Origin: Candidatus Cloacimonadota bacterium
GTDB lineage: Bacteria; Cloacimonadota; Cloacimonadia; Cloacimonadales; TCS61
NCBI GenBank assembly: GCA_030600585.1
Contig: JAUVLU010000001.1
Span: forward strand, 57,071 to 121,070
Reading direction: 5' to 3'
Length of the DNA: 64,000 nucleotides
The notes under the pieces are model-generated. The model saw nothing but the letters and a program-made list of their open reading frames with translations. It was not told where the DNA came from and searched no databases. Shown piece by piece: positions 51,236 to 60,869 of this stretch. Position numbers and translations under genes: made by a program. The stretch's first letter is position 1, and each line of letters starts with the position of its first letter.

Positions 51236-51308
51236 AGCGGAAGGTGGGAAGAAGCCAGGGTGCAAGCGGCGGTCAACCAACGTGCCTTTAGCCAAATCCC
51301 TTTCCGCT
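51236..51308. other. GC-rich long imperfect hairpin overlapping a stop codon
   Basis: agcggaa...ttccgct outer stem with ggga/tccc and gca/tgc inner pairings. Confidence 0.6.
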
Positions 51309-52947
51309 ATTTTATCATTAACATTTTTCGTGATTGCACTGTCTCTCCCCCATTTACTAATCTATAGAAATATACACCGCTACTAATAGATTTATCATTA
51401 GCATCCTTTCCATTCCAGATTATAGAATTTTCTCCGATTATATCTTCAAGTTGATAGCTTTTCACCTTTTGCCCTTTTACATTGTATATTTCTATTTGGG
51501 GATCAATAATGTCATCTGCCAAAGAATAAGATATGGTTGTGGATGGATTGAAGGGATTAGGGTGATTTTGTTTAAGAGAAGACATTATGCTTGGACCAAG
51601 ACTGATATTTCCAGTTGAGGAGATAAGAAGAATTTCACTATTATTTGATTCATTCCATTCATCCCAATTTTGTTCAGCAAGAAAATCATCACCATTCCCA
51701 GAATCCAATATGATTTCAATTGTTACTTCTTCATTCAACCAGGTAAAAGTAACATTATCTTCTCTATCCATTGTACTAACAAATACATCTCCATCAAGTA
51801 TCCCATTATATTGATGAGTTGCCAATTCAACATCATTTTTTTTTATGCTTACCTGGAAATTATCAAGAATCATTATATTGCTATCATTTGTAAAAGAGTA
51901 AAATATATATACGGTTTCACCGTATTCAAAATCGGAGTATTGATGAGGGTACAGTTCGTTCGGATTATCTGTTACTATGATAGATGCCCCAATTTGCATA
52001 TATTCATTCCAACATAGATCTGGTTCTTCAATAAAAGTATAAAACATATCAAAAAACTCAGCTCTTTGGTAATAAGTTGGATACCAACCATTATATTGAC
52101 TATCATGACGATCGGAGCTATGCGTACTAAAATTAGGACCGTCAGCAGTACAAATTACTGCATGTTCGTCTGGATCTGATTCCGATCCCAGAATCATAAC
52201 ATCACCTGGTGAAAAGTTATAAGGAACGGTCTGGGCTGTACGCCATTTATATTGATCAATTTCATAACCCCAGCGAACCTCAGTTTCATCTGAATCAAAT
52301 TCAAAATACACAGCATTTCCACTAAATGGTTCTTCATCCCACCAATTAGATGGGAAATTCTCACCTGAATAATAATAAGTGGTCTCATCATCTGTGGCAT
52401 ATAAGAAATCATAACCTGCTTCAATTTCCAAATCGGTGAAATGTAAACAAATTTCATCAGCTTCTGGTGGTGCATAAAGATCAAACCAATACTCTTCGTT
52501 ATTATAATATGGATGATTTGTTGATTGGAATGTTGGAGATATAGTTTCCCAATTCCACCAAGAGGCAGTATATCCTTGAGACCATCCTTGATTTATAAAA
52601 TAACTTCTCATATTATCAGATAATATAAAGAAATTCATATAAGCTGAACTCGAACCAGTTAATTGATCCTCTGATATTGGCACTCCTCCGGCTTCCAGGC
52701 ATTGTGAAACAAAATGAGTGCAGTCGTTGCCATCTATGTAACCTGCATTTGTTGGATTTCCAGTAGGATCTTCGTGATTATAAATAAATTTTGAAATATT
52801 ATCCCATTGTATTCCTTCATTGGCACCAATGGATCTCCCCGCATATTTTTCGGCATATCTATCCATTTGGTCAACATTCAACCATGCCTGACAGGTTAAT
52901 GCATAACATACAATTAGACAGGAAATTAATACTTTAATAAGCTTCAT
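51307..52947 (-). CDS. Secreted amidase_6-like Cys-His protein with inserted CUB-like domain and C-terminal sorting domain
   Basis: GNDCTHFVSQCLEAGG; CUB-like STNHPYYNN...LHFTDLEIEAGYDFLY...FDSD; PGDV...EHAVI...HSSDR; E.NESNN; CTD. Confidence 0.75.
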   Translation of the reverse strand: MKLIKVLISCLIVCYALTCQAWLNVDQMDRYAEKYAGRSIGANEGIQWDNISKFIYNHEDPTGNPTNAGYIDGNDCTHFVSQCLEAGGVPISEDQLTGSSSAYMNFFILSDNMRSYFINQGWSQGYTASWWNWETISPTFQSTNHPYYNNEEYWFDLYAPPEADEICLHFTDLEIEAGYDFLYATDDETTYYYSGENFPSNWWDEEPFSGNAVYFEFDSDETEVRWGYEIDQYKWRTAQTVPYNFSPGDVMILGSESDPDEHAVICTADGPNFSTHSSDRHDSQYNGWYPTYYQRAEFFDMFYTFIEEPDLCWNEYMQIGASIIVTDNPNELYPHQYSDFEYGETVYIFYSFTNDSNIMILDNFQVSIKKNDVELATHQYNGILDGDVFVSTMDREDNVTFTWLNEEVTIEIILDSGNGDDFLAEQNWDEWNESNNSEILLISSTGNISLGPSIMSSLKQNHPNPFNPSTTISYSLADDIIDPQIEIYNVKGQKVKSYQLEDIIGENSIIWNGKDANDKSISSGVYFYRLVNGGETVQSRKMLMIK

Positions 52948-54182
52948 TATTCACCTCCTATTTTTCTAAATAAGGGTTCATCGAGTTTATACTTCTCATG
53001 ATCTACTTTTTGATTATAAGGATAAAATCTTGCTCGTTCATAAAAATAAATTCTTTCTTCTCTGCTTATCCTGTCTTCTTTAATTTCACTATTCTCAAGA
53101 TCATACACTATTGGTTCTCCAGTTATTATGAAAGGATTAGCTAATTCCTCAAGGTATATTGACATTTTCTGCCATTGTAAATCTGGTTTGTATTGTGCAG
53201 GATATCGACTGACATTTAGCATTTTGTATGCAGTTAATTCATAAAAAGCATCAAGATATTCTCTACGTGAATAGGACGGATCATTTATGATGTTCCACAA
53301 TTCACTTATCCTTTTTTCTATTTCATTTGGTGGAATTAACCCTACAAATTGTATATTAACGTAATCTTGAATACCTTTACACTTGGATTTCATTAATAAA
53401 CCGATTAATTCTAGGATATCATCATATTCTTGATCATTATCATATCTTCGGACTTGGATTCCTCCAACCCAATTAAAAATCATACTCTCTATTGGTGAAT
53501 AAAATGCTACATCCGTTGTTTCAATATCCTGTGCTTGGATTATTTGATTTTTTAGGAATTCATAACTTCTTAGATTTTTCCCGAATGACAGATTAATAGC
53601 ATGCAGATGAATCTGAAAACGGAGATTTTGATTGGTATCATTAAGCTTGTTTTGCAAATAATACTTTGCTCCTTCATGTCCATTCCATGCATAGAGTTTT
53701 ATGGAATCCAGATATTTATTTGCTAATTTTATGCAAGGTTCATTTTCAACGATATAAATTAGAAAATTATACAAGTTCTCATCATATTTGGCAGGATAGG
53801 CGTAACCTGTCAGCGCAAATGCCTCGATCAATCTTGATCGGAAACCAGCTTTACCGGCATCAGTAAAATCATACTCGTTTCTGTTTCGATGACTTTCATA
53901 TTGCATTTCTTCGAATTCTTCTTTCGTAGGATTCAATAGTTTTATGTAATTAAATTTGATCTCCTCTCCCCTTTTCCACCACCTAGTTAAACCACTATTT
54001 GCTTTATCTAAATACCCAAGCATAATCTGATCGACGTTTTTTCCTTGTTTTTGTTTAGCCTTGTTGTATTCGAAATATGTTTCAAATTTCGAATAGTTTT
54101 TTTCATCATTTTCTATTGAAAATAATGGGATATTGCATACTAAAACAATAAGCACACTTATTATAATCCATTTTGTTTTCAT
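52947..54182 (-). CDS. Exported helical hypothetical protein, translationally coupled to the amidase-like gene
   Basis: Signal peptide, 411 aa; stop overlaps next start (TAATG); RBS AGGAG. Confidence 0.7.
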   Translation of the reverse strand: MKTKWIIISVLIVLVCNIPLFSIENDEKNYSKFETYFEYNKAKQKQGKNVDQIMLGYLDKANSGLTRWWKRGEEIKFNYIKLLNPTKEEFEEMQYESHRNRNEYDFTDAGKAGFRSRLIEAFALTGYAYPAKYDENLYNFLIYIVENEPCIKLANKYLDSIKLYAWNGHEGAKYYLQNKLNDTNQNLRFQIHLHAINLSFGKNLRSYEFLKNQIIQAQDIETTDVAFYSPIESMIFNWVGGIQVRRYDNDQEYDDILELIGLLMKSKCKGIQDYVNIQFVGLIPPNEIEKRISELWNIINDPSYSRREYLDAFYELTAYKMLNVSRYPAQYKPDLQWQKMSIYLEELANPFIITGEPIVYDLENSEIKEDRISREERIYFYERARFYPYNQKVDHEKYKLDEPLFRKIGGE

Positions 54183-54407
54183 GTTTTCTCCTAATTATTT
54201 GTTTAAGTTAACAGTTTCCAGCCAATAAATAGATCGGCTTTGTTTAATTATCGAAATTATTTTTCTAATCCCCTTAATAAGCCAAAGGCTTACAAGTCCC
54301 CTTTGTGAAGGGGGACATGACAATAAACTTCTAACTCATAACTTCTAATTCCTCACTGTTAAGATTCATGCATGATTACCTCCTAATAAATAATTTTGCA
54401 TATCAAT

Positions 54408-54433
54408 ACATTAAACATTAAACATTAAACATT
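54408..54433. repeat. Heptamer tandem repeat (ACATTAA, about 3.7 copies)
   Basis: acattaa acattaa acattaa acatt. Confidence 0.8.
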
Positions 54434-54600
54434 CATTCATTTTGTCACTATTAATTTAAATTGCATATAGTAAATGCCGAACTGATTGCTTCAGTCCTAC
54501 AATAATTTACACTTCATTCACAATTCGTTAAGATTCCTCTTTGTATAAGACTGACAAGTGCACAAGAAAATCTTCTGTTGATAAATTAAATATCAACAGT

Positions 54601-55212
54601 TTATTTTATGAAAAGGTTATAGCCAATATAAATTTGGGCATTTGTGAAAGTCCAATTTTCATCATAATCAGGGGTGGCGAATATATCAAATGATGTACCA
54701 ACTTCAAATTTACCAAGCTTAATACCAATTTTAATTGGTGTTCGAAAGTAAAAATTCGAATCAGAGTTCCCGAATACTTCAAAATTCATACCAGGATTTA
54801 TCGAACCCTCAGCATAGAAATAGTTAAATAGACTCAATGTTTGTTCTAAAATGGATAATTCGAACATATTGAAACAATAACCATTTGAATTATCTTCTGT
54901 TACTTCAAAAATTGTATCTTCCGGATATTTGAGTGGATTTAAACTATTATAAAACCCAAATTTGCCAATTTTACCAATCTTCTTTTTTATTGAAACTTCA
55001 AAATTGGTATAACTTGAAAAATAGAAATTATATCCAACTCCTATGGATTTGTACCAATTCCCATCATTCCAAAAAACTGTAATTCCATTAGGAACAGGAA
55101 TTATAATATCAGTACTGCAATATTTTAATTCTACCTTATAATTTGTTGAAGCAAAAGAATTTCCTGTTAATACAATTAGAAGGATAGATAAAAGCATGAT
55201 TTTTTTTAACAT
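54601..55212 (-). CDS. Exported probable small outer-membrane beta-barrel
   Basis: Signal peptide, alternating aromatic strands, terminal QIYIGYNLF. Confidence 0.6.
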   Translation of the reverse strand: MLKKIMLLSILLIVLTGNSFASTNYKVELKYCSTDIIIPVPNGITVFWNDGNWYKSIGVGYNFYFSSYTNFEVSIKKKIGKIGKFGFYNSLNPLKYPEDTIFEVTEDNSNGYCFNMFELSILEQTLSLFNYFYAEGSINPGMNFEVFGNSDSNFYFRTPIKIGIKLGKFEVGTSFDIFATPDYDENWTFTNAQIYIGYNLFIK

Positions 55213-55287
55213 AATTAAATCTCCTTATGATTTATTAGTTTTTATGATTCACATTACCTGTCTATCATAAATATATTTCTCATTCAT

Positions 55288-56430
55288 TCATTCAGTTGGT
55301 GGCACATATTCAAATTCATAATCACATCTGATATAAGAGCCACACCAATAATAGCTTCCTCTATTATAACTTTCTACCGTCAATCCATAACCACCCTCTT
55401 CAAAACCAACATTGTAAAGGAACCCATTTTCTATTATTTCTTCATTGTTTGAAGTCCAATCCCACTCAAAAACCTCTATAGCACAATAATTATGATAACC
55501 ATTCATTTGTTCATGGCAGTTACTAGTAATTAATTTATTTGTAGTTTTTTCGCGAGATATGCTACAATAACTTTTGCGTCTAAATCGTTTATAATTATGA
55601 GAAGATGAACCTAATCTTCTTACAACCATTTCAGCTTTTCCACCTAACCAAGATTCTAAACTTTTTGGTCTTCTTACACATATTTTTGTTAAGTATATTC
55701 TCCCAGTTGTACTACGATTATTATTTAAAGTATTAAATTTGTTCAAATCATAATTATCCATAGATAATTCTTCGAATAGAAGTAACTCATTAATACCAAC
55801 TACTGCTAAAGGATATTCTGGTTCATAATCACTGTCAGATATATCCATAATTATATTGTTACCTTCATTATCATATACATTAATATTTTGGATATCCATA
55901 TCGTCAACTAGTTTGCCATTCTCAAATATAGGTATATAAGTTACTTGTATTGGAATATTAGGATCGTATTCTTTAAAACAATGCATATACAACTGTAAAT
56001 AACAGATTTCATCTAATGCTCTTATGAATTCCTCAGGTGATTCACCATCAGGAGGTAAATTTTCAACTTCTACTTCAACTAATTCTCTAATAGATAAACT
56101 ATCAACTTGATAATATGAAATTGTTGACCATAATACAAAGGCTTCACCATTTACATCTCCATCGGCATCTACTATTTCTAAATTTGTATTCATCTCATTG
56201 TAGAGAATAGTAGCAAAGTTCTCATTTTCAAACAAGTATGGTAAAACTGATGCAAATTTTTTCATAGTTTTTTCAGTTTTAACTAAATCAATACTGAATC
56301 TTCCAAAACTATACAGAAACTCATTCTCCTCATCAACAATTTCAGTAATTGTTTTACTTGAGCAACTTATTAATAATATGCCCCCACTAATAATTGTCCC
56401 CATAACGATTAATGTGAATATTTTTCTCAT
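55288..56430 (-). CDS. Lipoprotein, possibly DUF3103-like, with Cys-rich C-terminal domain
   Basis: Lipobox LLISC; P.YPLAVVG.NE; ESWLGGKAEM; FEWDW. Confidence 0.6.
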   Translation of the reverse strand: MRKIFTLIVMGTIISGGILLISCSSKTITEIVDEENEFLYSFGRFSIDLVKTEKTMKKFASVLPYLFENENFATILYNEMNTNLEIVDADGDVNGEAFVLWSTISYYQVDSLSIRELVEVEVENLPPDGESPEEFIRALDEICYLQLYMHCFKEYDPNIPIQVTYIPIFENGKLVDDMDIQNINVYDNEGNNIIMDISDSDYEPEYPLAVVGINELLLFEELSMDNYDLNKFNTLNNNRSTTGRIYLTKICVRRPKSLESWLGGKAEMVVRRLGSSSHNYKRFRRKSYCSISREKTTNKLITSNCHEQMNGYHNYCAIEVFEWDWTSNNEEIIENGFLYNVGFEEGGYGLTVESYNRGSYYWCGSYIRCDYEFEYVPPTE

Positions 56431-56449
56431 TTTTGTCTCCTCTTTTTTT

Positions 56450-56659
56450 TTATTTCAATGGAATAATATACAATACTCCATCAATTCTTATTGCTTGATA
56501 TTCTATACTTTCACAAATGATTATGATTTTTTCATATTCGATTCCCAAAAGTTCTTTGTAAGTTATTATAGGATATGAGGAATCATTTATAGAATTTAAT
56601 TGACTAATAAGGAATGTTGATAAACTTAACAAAATTAAACATGAGAATTTTCTTATCAT
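56450..56659 (-). CDS. Small exported hypothetical protein
   Basis: RBS GAGGGG, hydrophobic N-terminus, co-oriented with the lipoprotein gene. Confidence 0.5.
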   Translation of the reverse strand: MIRKFSCLILLSLSTFLISQLNSINDSSYPIITYKELLGIEYEKIIIICESIEYQAIRIDGVLYIIPLK

Positions 56660-56750
56660 GTCCTAGCCCCTCTATTATAAAGACAAAAAAAGATAATATT
56701 TGGGACGAAATGATGGCTAACTTATATAAGACTAAGTAATTGGAGATAGT

Positions 56751-57722
56751 ATGAAAAAAAATGATCGTATTTATACAGATATAATTAATTCAGCCTTTCA
56801 TTATTCTAAAATGATTTTAAAGAATGATGATGAAGCCAGAGATATATCTCAAGCTGTAGCTATAGAATATTTTATGAATATTAACAAATGTAATATCAAT
56901 AATTTGAATGGTTGGATATTTATAATAACTAGAAATAAATGTTACAACTATATCAAGAAAAATAAAAGAAATATTATTTCCGGTTCAATTGAATTTAATG
57001 AAAAGACATATGTTGAGCCTAATTTTGAAGAGAACAATTGCAACAATGATGATATGACCGAGATGATCAAAGCACTTCCATCAGATGTATTAAAGGTAAA
57101 AGAAAAGATGATGTTAATAAAATATTATAACAATAACTGTGAATATAAAAAATTATGTGCAAGATATTCAATTAAAATCGATTCAATGAGAAAGAAAATA
57201 TATCGATTAAAAAATGAAGTAATTGCATATAATAAAAGAAAGAATGGATACAATAATACAATAAAAATTGTTGGACCACGTTTAAGAGAAAATATTATGA
57301 ATTTTGTACGAAAATTTAATAATTGTTGCAGAAATGATGATTTTTCAAATATGCAGCAATACTTAATTGAATGTATAATGCCTTCTAAAATTCCAAGTAT
57401 TTGTATAAAAAAAATTATTCATATTAACATTGAATATATAGAAGTTAAAAAGTATGATCTTTGTATAATCTACTATGATAATTTCGGGAAAGTAAATAGC
57501 TTTTCAACCATTTTCAAAATTTCAAAATCCAATATTATTCATATACTTGAATTTCCAAAGCTAAGTAAAAAAATATTTAAAGCGAATGTTAAAGCTTTAC
57601 CTAAAGAAGTATTGGGAAAAATCCTTCCGGATAAAAAAGGAAAATATCATTATACTTTTGATGAAATTATTGGAATGATAAAAGAACATACAGAATTAAC
57701 AACAGTAACGAATAGTTACTGA
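56751..57722 (+). CDS. ECF-type sigma-70 factor with C-terminal extension
   Basis: Region 2 DEARDISQ...NGWIFIITRNKCYN; region 4 YKKLC...SMRKKIYRLK; about 150-aa extension. Confidence 0.75.
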   Translation: MKKNDRIYTDIINSAFHYSKMILKNDDEARDISQAVAIEYFMNINKCNINNLNGWIFIITRNKCYNYIKKNKRNIISGSIEFNEKTYVEPNFEENNCNNDDMTEMIKALPSDVLKVKEKMMLIKYYNNNCEYKKLCARYSIKIDSMRKKIYRLKNEVIAYNKRKNGYNNTIKIVGPRLRENIMNFVRKFNNCCRNDDFSNMQQYLIECIMPSKIPSICIKKIIHINIEYIEVKKYDLCIIYYDNFGKVNSFSTIFKISKSNIIHILEFPKLSKKIFKANVKALPKEVLGKILPDKKGKYHYTFDEIIGMIKEHTELTTVTNSY

Positions 57723-57749
57723 AATCTATAAAGAATTTGGCTTCAAAAT

Positions 57750-57776
57750 AAAAAAGCGGGGAAATTGTTTCCCCGC
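57750..57776 (-). terminator. Intrinsic terminator between convergent genes
   Basis: aaaaaa gcggggaaa-ttg-tttccccgc. Confidence 0.8.
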
Positions 57777-57795
57777 ATAAAAACCTATATGAAAT

Positions 57796-59763
57796 TTACT
57801 TCATCAACAACATTTTCTTTGAAACTTCAGAAGAAACTGTCTTCATTTTAACAAAGTACATTCCGCTGGAAGTAGAATTGTCATTGTTGTCTTTTCCATT
57901 CCAGACAAAGTTTGTATTTTGCACAATTTCGTTATTCACAATTGTTTTAACAAGCTGTCCCTTTATGTTGAATATCTTAACCGATACAGGTTGCTGAATA
58001 TCATTCTCATTAATAGAAAGAGCAATATTAGCTGTCGGATTGAATGGATTTGGATAAACAGAGATAGAGTTAACAGCAATCACATTAACTGTGTTATCAT
58101 CAGAATCTGTTGGTCCCATTCCATTAGGACCGCCATAAGCACCCATATCATTTCTTGTTCCATCGATGTCGTTGTATATAGCATCAGGATTACCGGTATC
58201 TATACAAGGTGAACCTTCTTGCAGCCACCACGATGCAGTAAGTCCGTTATATCCTGTTCCATCTCCGGCAGTCGGTGCAACAAAGAGCGGGTCTGCATCG
58301 ATATTACCCTCACCTGCAAATCCACCTGTTACGCAACTATATGTAATTATCGGTGTACTTTGTATGAAATGGATCTCACCATTATCAATAATGATAGAGT
58401 TAGTTATTATTGGAACTGAATTTAAAAGGAACATCAGATATGATGTTGAATTAGTTGATAAATTATTCGCTATAGTATTGTTAGTTAAAATTGCATTAGA
58501 ATCATTTTTGAAACTGAATGCTCCCCACTGTCCTGTGTTATTTACAATAGCATTGTTTACTATCTCTATAGTAGATGCAGTACATCTTATACCACCTGCA
58601 CAGCCTGAACTTGTATTATTGGAAATAATGTTTTGTGAAATCAGAACATTATCAGATCCTACGATCTCAAATGCTGCGGCAAGTGAAGAACTATTATTAT
58701 CAAATATCTTACATCCGATAATATCAACTTTGGAATTACCTTCTACTTTAATTGCAGAAAGATTGGCGTTGGATATCTCGCAGTTAGCAAGAAGATTATC
58801 TTCTTGAGTATTAAAGAATCTTATACCATTCCATGAAGTTTCTGAATCGAAAATAATAGGTTCACTTCTTGTAGATGATGCATCTGCAATTAGAAGTCCG
58901 TTAACTGTGAATTGTACATCTGCAGCAAATTGTAATTCAACACCTTCGTTGATTATTAGTGCATCACCTTCAGCAATAACAATATCACCGGAAATTATAT
59001 AAGGGCTAAAATCTGATACCCAAGTACCGGAAAGATTTCCGCTGACTGAAGAGCCATCAGTAACCGTGATGTAATCCTCAATAGTAATTTCAGCGAATTC
59101 TCCATCAACCTCAATTTTAAGAGTTACATCAAATACTCCAGGCTCTGTATAGACATGGAAAGGATTTTCCTGAGTACTGTCAAAAATCCCATCACCATCA
59201 AAATCCCATTCCCAGGCATCAATTACTCCTGTTGGTGAACTTGACATACTTGTAAACTGTACACCGAGATTTAAAGGACCAATTTGTACATTAGATGCTA
59301 TACCAGCACTAAGCCCGAAATTTGCAATAGCATTATCAAGCGGACCTGAAATTCCACTAACGTTATTGTTACCATAATAAAGTTCATTTTCTGGTCCTAC
59401 CACTGCAAAAAATGGGACATATCCATTTCCCCAATCCCAATATATCGCTCCAAGACCTGACCAATTTGGATGTGTATGTGTTGCTCCCCAATCAGTTTCC
59501 GATAAGAAATACGCCTGTCCACCTATTTCATATTGTTCCCATAAAGATTGATAAGTCGGCGCCGCCGATATACAGCCACCTCAACCAGAACTTCCCCAAA
59601 AGAAAACAACTGCTTTTCCAGAAGCAGTTAATTCATAAATTGAATGATTCTCACCATTACTATCAATCCAACTGACATCATTTACAATGTCTCCAACCTG
59701 ATATTGTGCGAACACACTAACAGAAAGGATTACTAAAAAAAACACTACTAATATCTTTTTCAT
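57796..59763 (-). CDS. Predicted secreted selenoprotein, 655 aa: signal peptide, thioredoxin/peroxiredoxin-like domain with UxxC (Sec61), PKD, right-handed beta-helix, C-terminal sorting domain
   Basis: ORFs 59581-59763 and 57796-59403 share a frame separated only by TGA 59581-59583: YQVGDIVND.SW.D..G...SIYEL...GKAVVFFWGSSG-U-GGC-ISAAP...GYVPFFAVVGP; PKD WEWDFDGDG..DST.ENPFHVY..PG; CTD VYPNPFNP...KMLLMK. Confidence 0.85.
59551..59571 (-). promoter_or_regulatory. Candidate bacterial SECIS hairpin
   Basis: Minus strand ATA-TCGGC-GGC-GCCGA-CT-TAT; G-starting apical loop 17 nt after the UGA. Confidence 0.65.
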
Positions 59764-59855
59764 TTTTCTCTCCTTTTAAGAGTCGGCTTTCGGGTATCCG
59801 AAAAACGATCTCCATTTTTTATTTAATTAATATCTGTCCCATGAAGTGCGTAAGC

Positions 59856-60632
59856 CTATTTCATCAGGATCATTTTTTTTATTTCCGAAAATTTTGAGTT
59901 ATTCAATTTATAGAAATAGACACCTGAAGAAACCGGTTGATTGCTTTCATCGGTACCGTTCCAGATTATGGAGTAGCCGACTCCGTCGGCAAAAAGCGGC
60001 GAGGGACTCGCCGACTCCAAAATATCCAAAGTTTTTACTTTCTGCCCTTTAAGATTATAAATTTCGAGATTCACAAAATCGGAATTTTGTGGTACAGAGA
60101 AAGAAATCGTTGTTCCAGGACTGCGACCGGCTCCTGACGGCTTAAATGGATTCGGATAGTTTTGCATGAGTTTATTAGCGTAAACAATCTCATCATCCGC
60201 GCTTACATTATCAGCAGTATTAAATGTGAAATCTAAACTGATAGGTTCAATAAGATCACCTTCATCCAGAATTATACTAAATGGAAATCCACCGGTACTG
60301 GTAACTGTCACAAGGATATGGATCTCTTCAAATTCTCCTGGTGCAAGTGGTAACGGAACCGCCCAATTTGCCATGAAACACGCACCGGATGAATTACATA
60401 TACTCAAATTCCAGTCGTTGGGTACGTTCTCATCGGAATAAAACAGAGTATAGGTTTCAGTAGTAGAACCAATGTTTGTAATTGTGATCCATTCCGATTC
60501 ATAAACATAAGAACCATTTGTAGCAAATGAATCTCCAATGATATCCATGTCGAATGGGATATCAACTTCCAATTCTGCAAAGACAAGGCTTATACTCATT
60601 ACTAAAAATGTGAATAGGATTATTTTTTTCAT
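59856..60632 (-). CDS. Secreted Ig-like domain protein with C-terminal sorting domain carrying two palindromic in-frame inserts
   Basis: Signal peptide; ITNIG, WNLSICNSSGACF; CTD NYPNPFKP[SGAGRSP]GTTISF...[ESASPSPLFADGVG]YSIIWNG...KMILMK. Confidence 0.85.
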   Translation of the reverse strand: MKKIILFTFLVMSISLVFAELEVDIPFDMDIIGDSFATNGSYVYESEWITITNIGSTTETYTLFYSDENVPNDWNLSICNSSGACFMANWAVPLPLAPGEFEEIHILVTVTSTGGFPFSIILDEGDLIEPISLDFTFNTADNVSADDEIVYANKLMQNYPNPFKPSGAGRSPGTTISFSVPQNSDFVNLEIYNLKGQKVKTLDILESASPSPLFADGVGYSIIWNGTDESNQPVSSGVYFYKLNNSKFSEIKKMILMK

Positions 60633-60663
60633 TATTTTTATCTCCTTTTTTCAACGGTTTTCC

Positions 60664-60869
60664 ATTCCCAACTGGAAAGTTAGGAATGAGAACGAAAGAA
60701 AACCCTGCGATCGCTTCTCTCAATTTATCATCTATTTAGCAATTATTCAACTCCTTCCTAAGCTTCTGCTTGGGAAGGAAATAAAACATGAAGCTTTTGC
60801 TTCATAACGAAATAGAAATTTCGTTTAATATTCTATTCCCAACTGGAAAGTTAGGAATGAGAACGAAAG
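60664..60869. repeat. 35-bp exact direct repeat (60664-60698, 60835-60869) within a REP cluster extending to about 61000
   Basis: attcccaactggaaagttaggaatgagaacgaaag twice; also ccttcctaagcttctgcttgggaagg and tgtctttctga...tcagaatgaca. Confidence 0.85.

Noticed and set aside
51236-51308. Hairpin as an integron attC site, SRP RNA or tRNA
   Set aside because: No RYYYAAC/GTTRRRY pair, no integrase, no SRP loop motif and no cloverleaf
51084-54293. Shared 18-mer aataagccaaagg(t/c)ttac (51084-51101, 54276-54293) as an ops-like or promoter motif
   Set aside because: It is part of the small palindrome taagcc-ttt-ggctta, related to atcagcc-tat-ggctgat at about 25653, so it is a repeat rather than a regulatory signal
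54359-54385. Strong RBS (AGGAGG) before a 4-codon ORF MHES* as a leader peptide
   Set aside because: No attenuator logic is visible and the region is filled with repeats; more likely a gene relic
59581-59583. TGA read-through explained by an alternative genetic code (TGA=Trp/Gly)
   Set aside because: dnaE, queH, csp, PBP1A and rlmN end at TGA at their expected C-termini, and no other gene here needs TGA read-through; site-specific Sec fits better
60664-60869. 35-bp direct repeats as a CRISPR array
   Set aside because: Only two copies 136 bp apart, the spacer is made of other palindromes, and there are no cas genes
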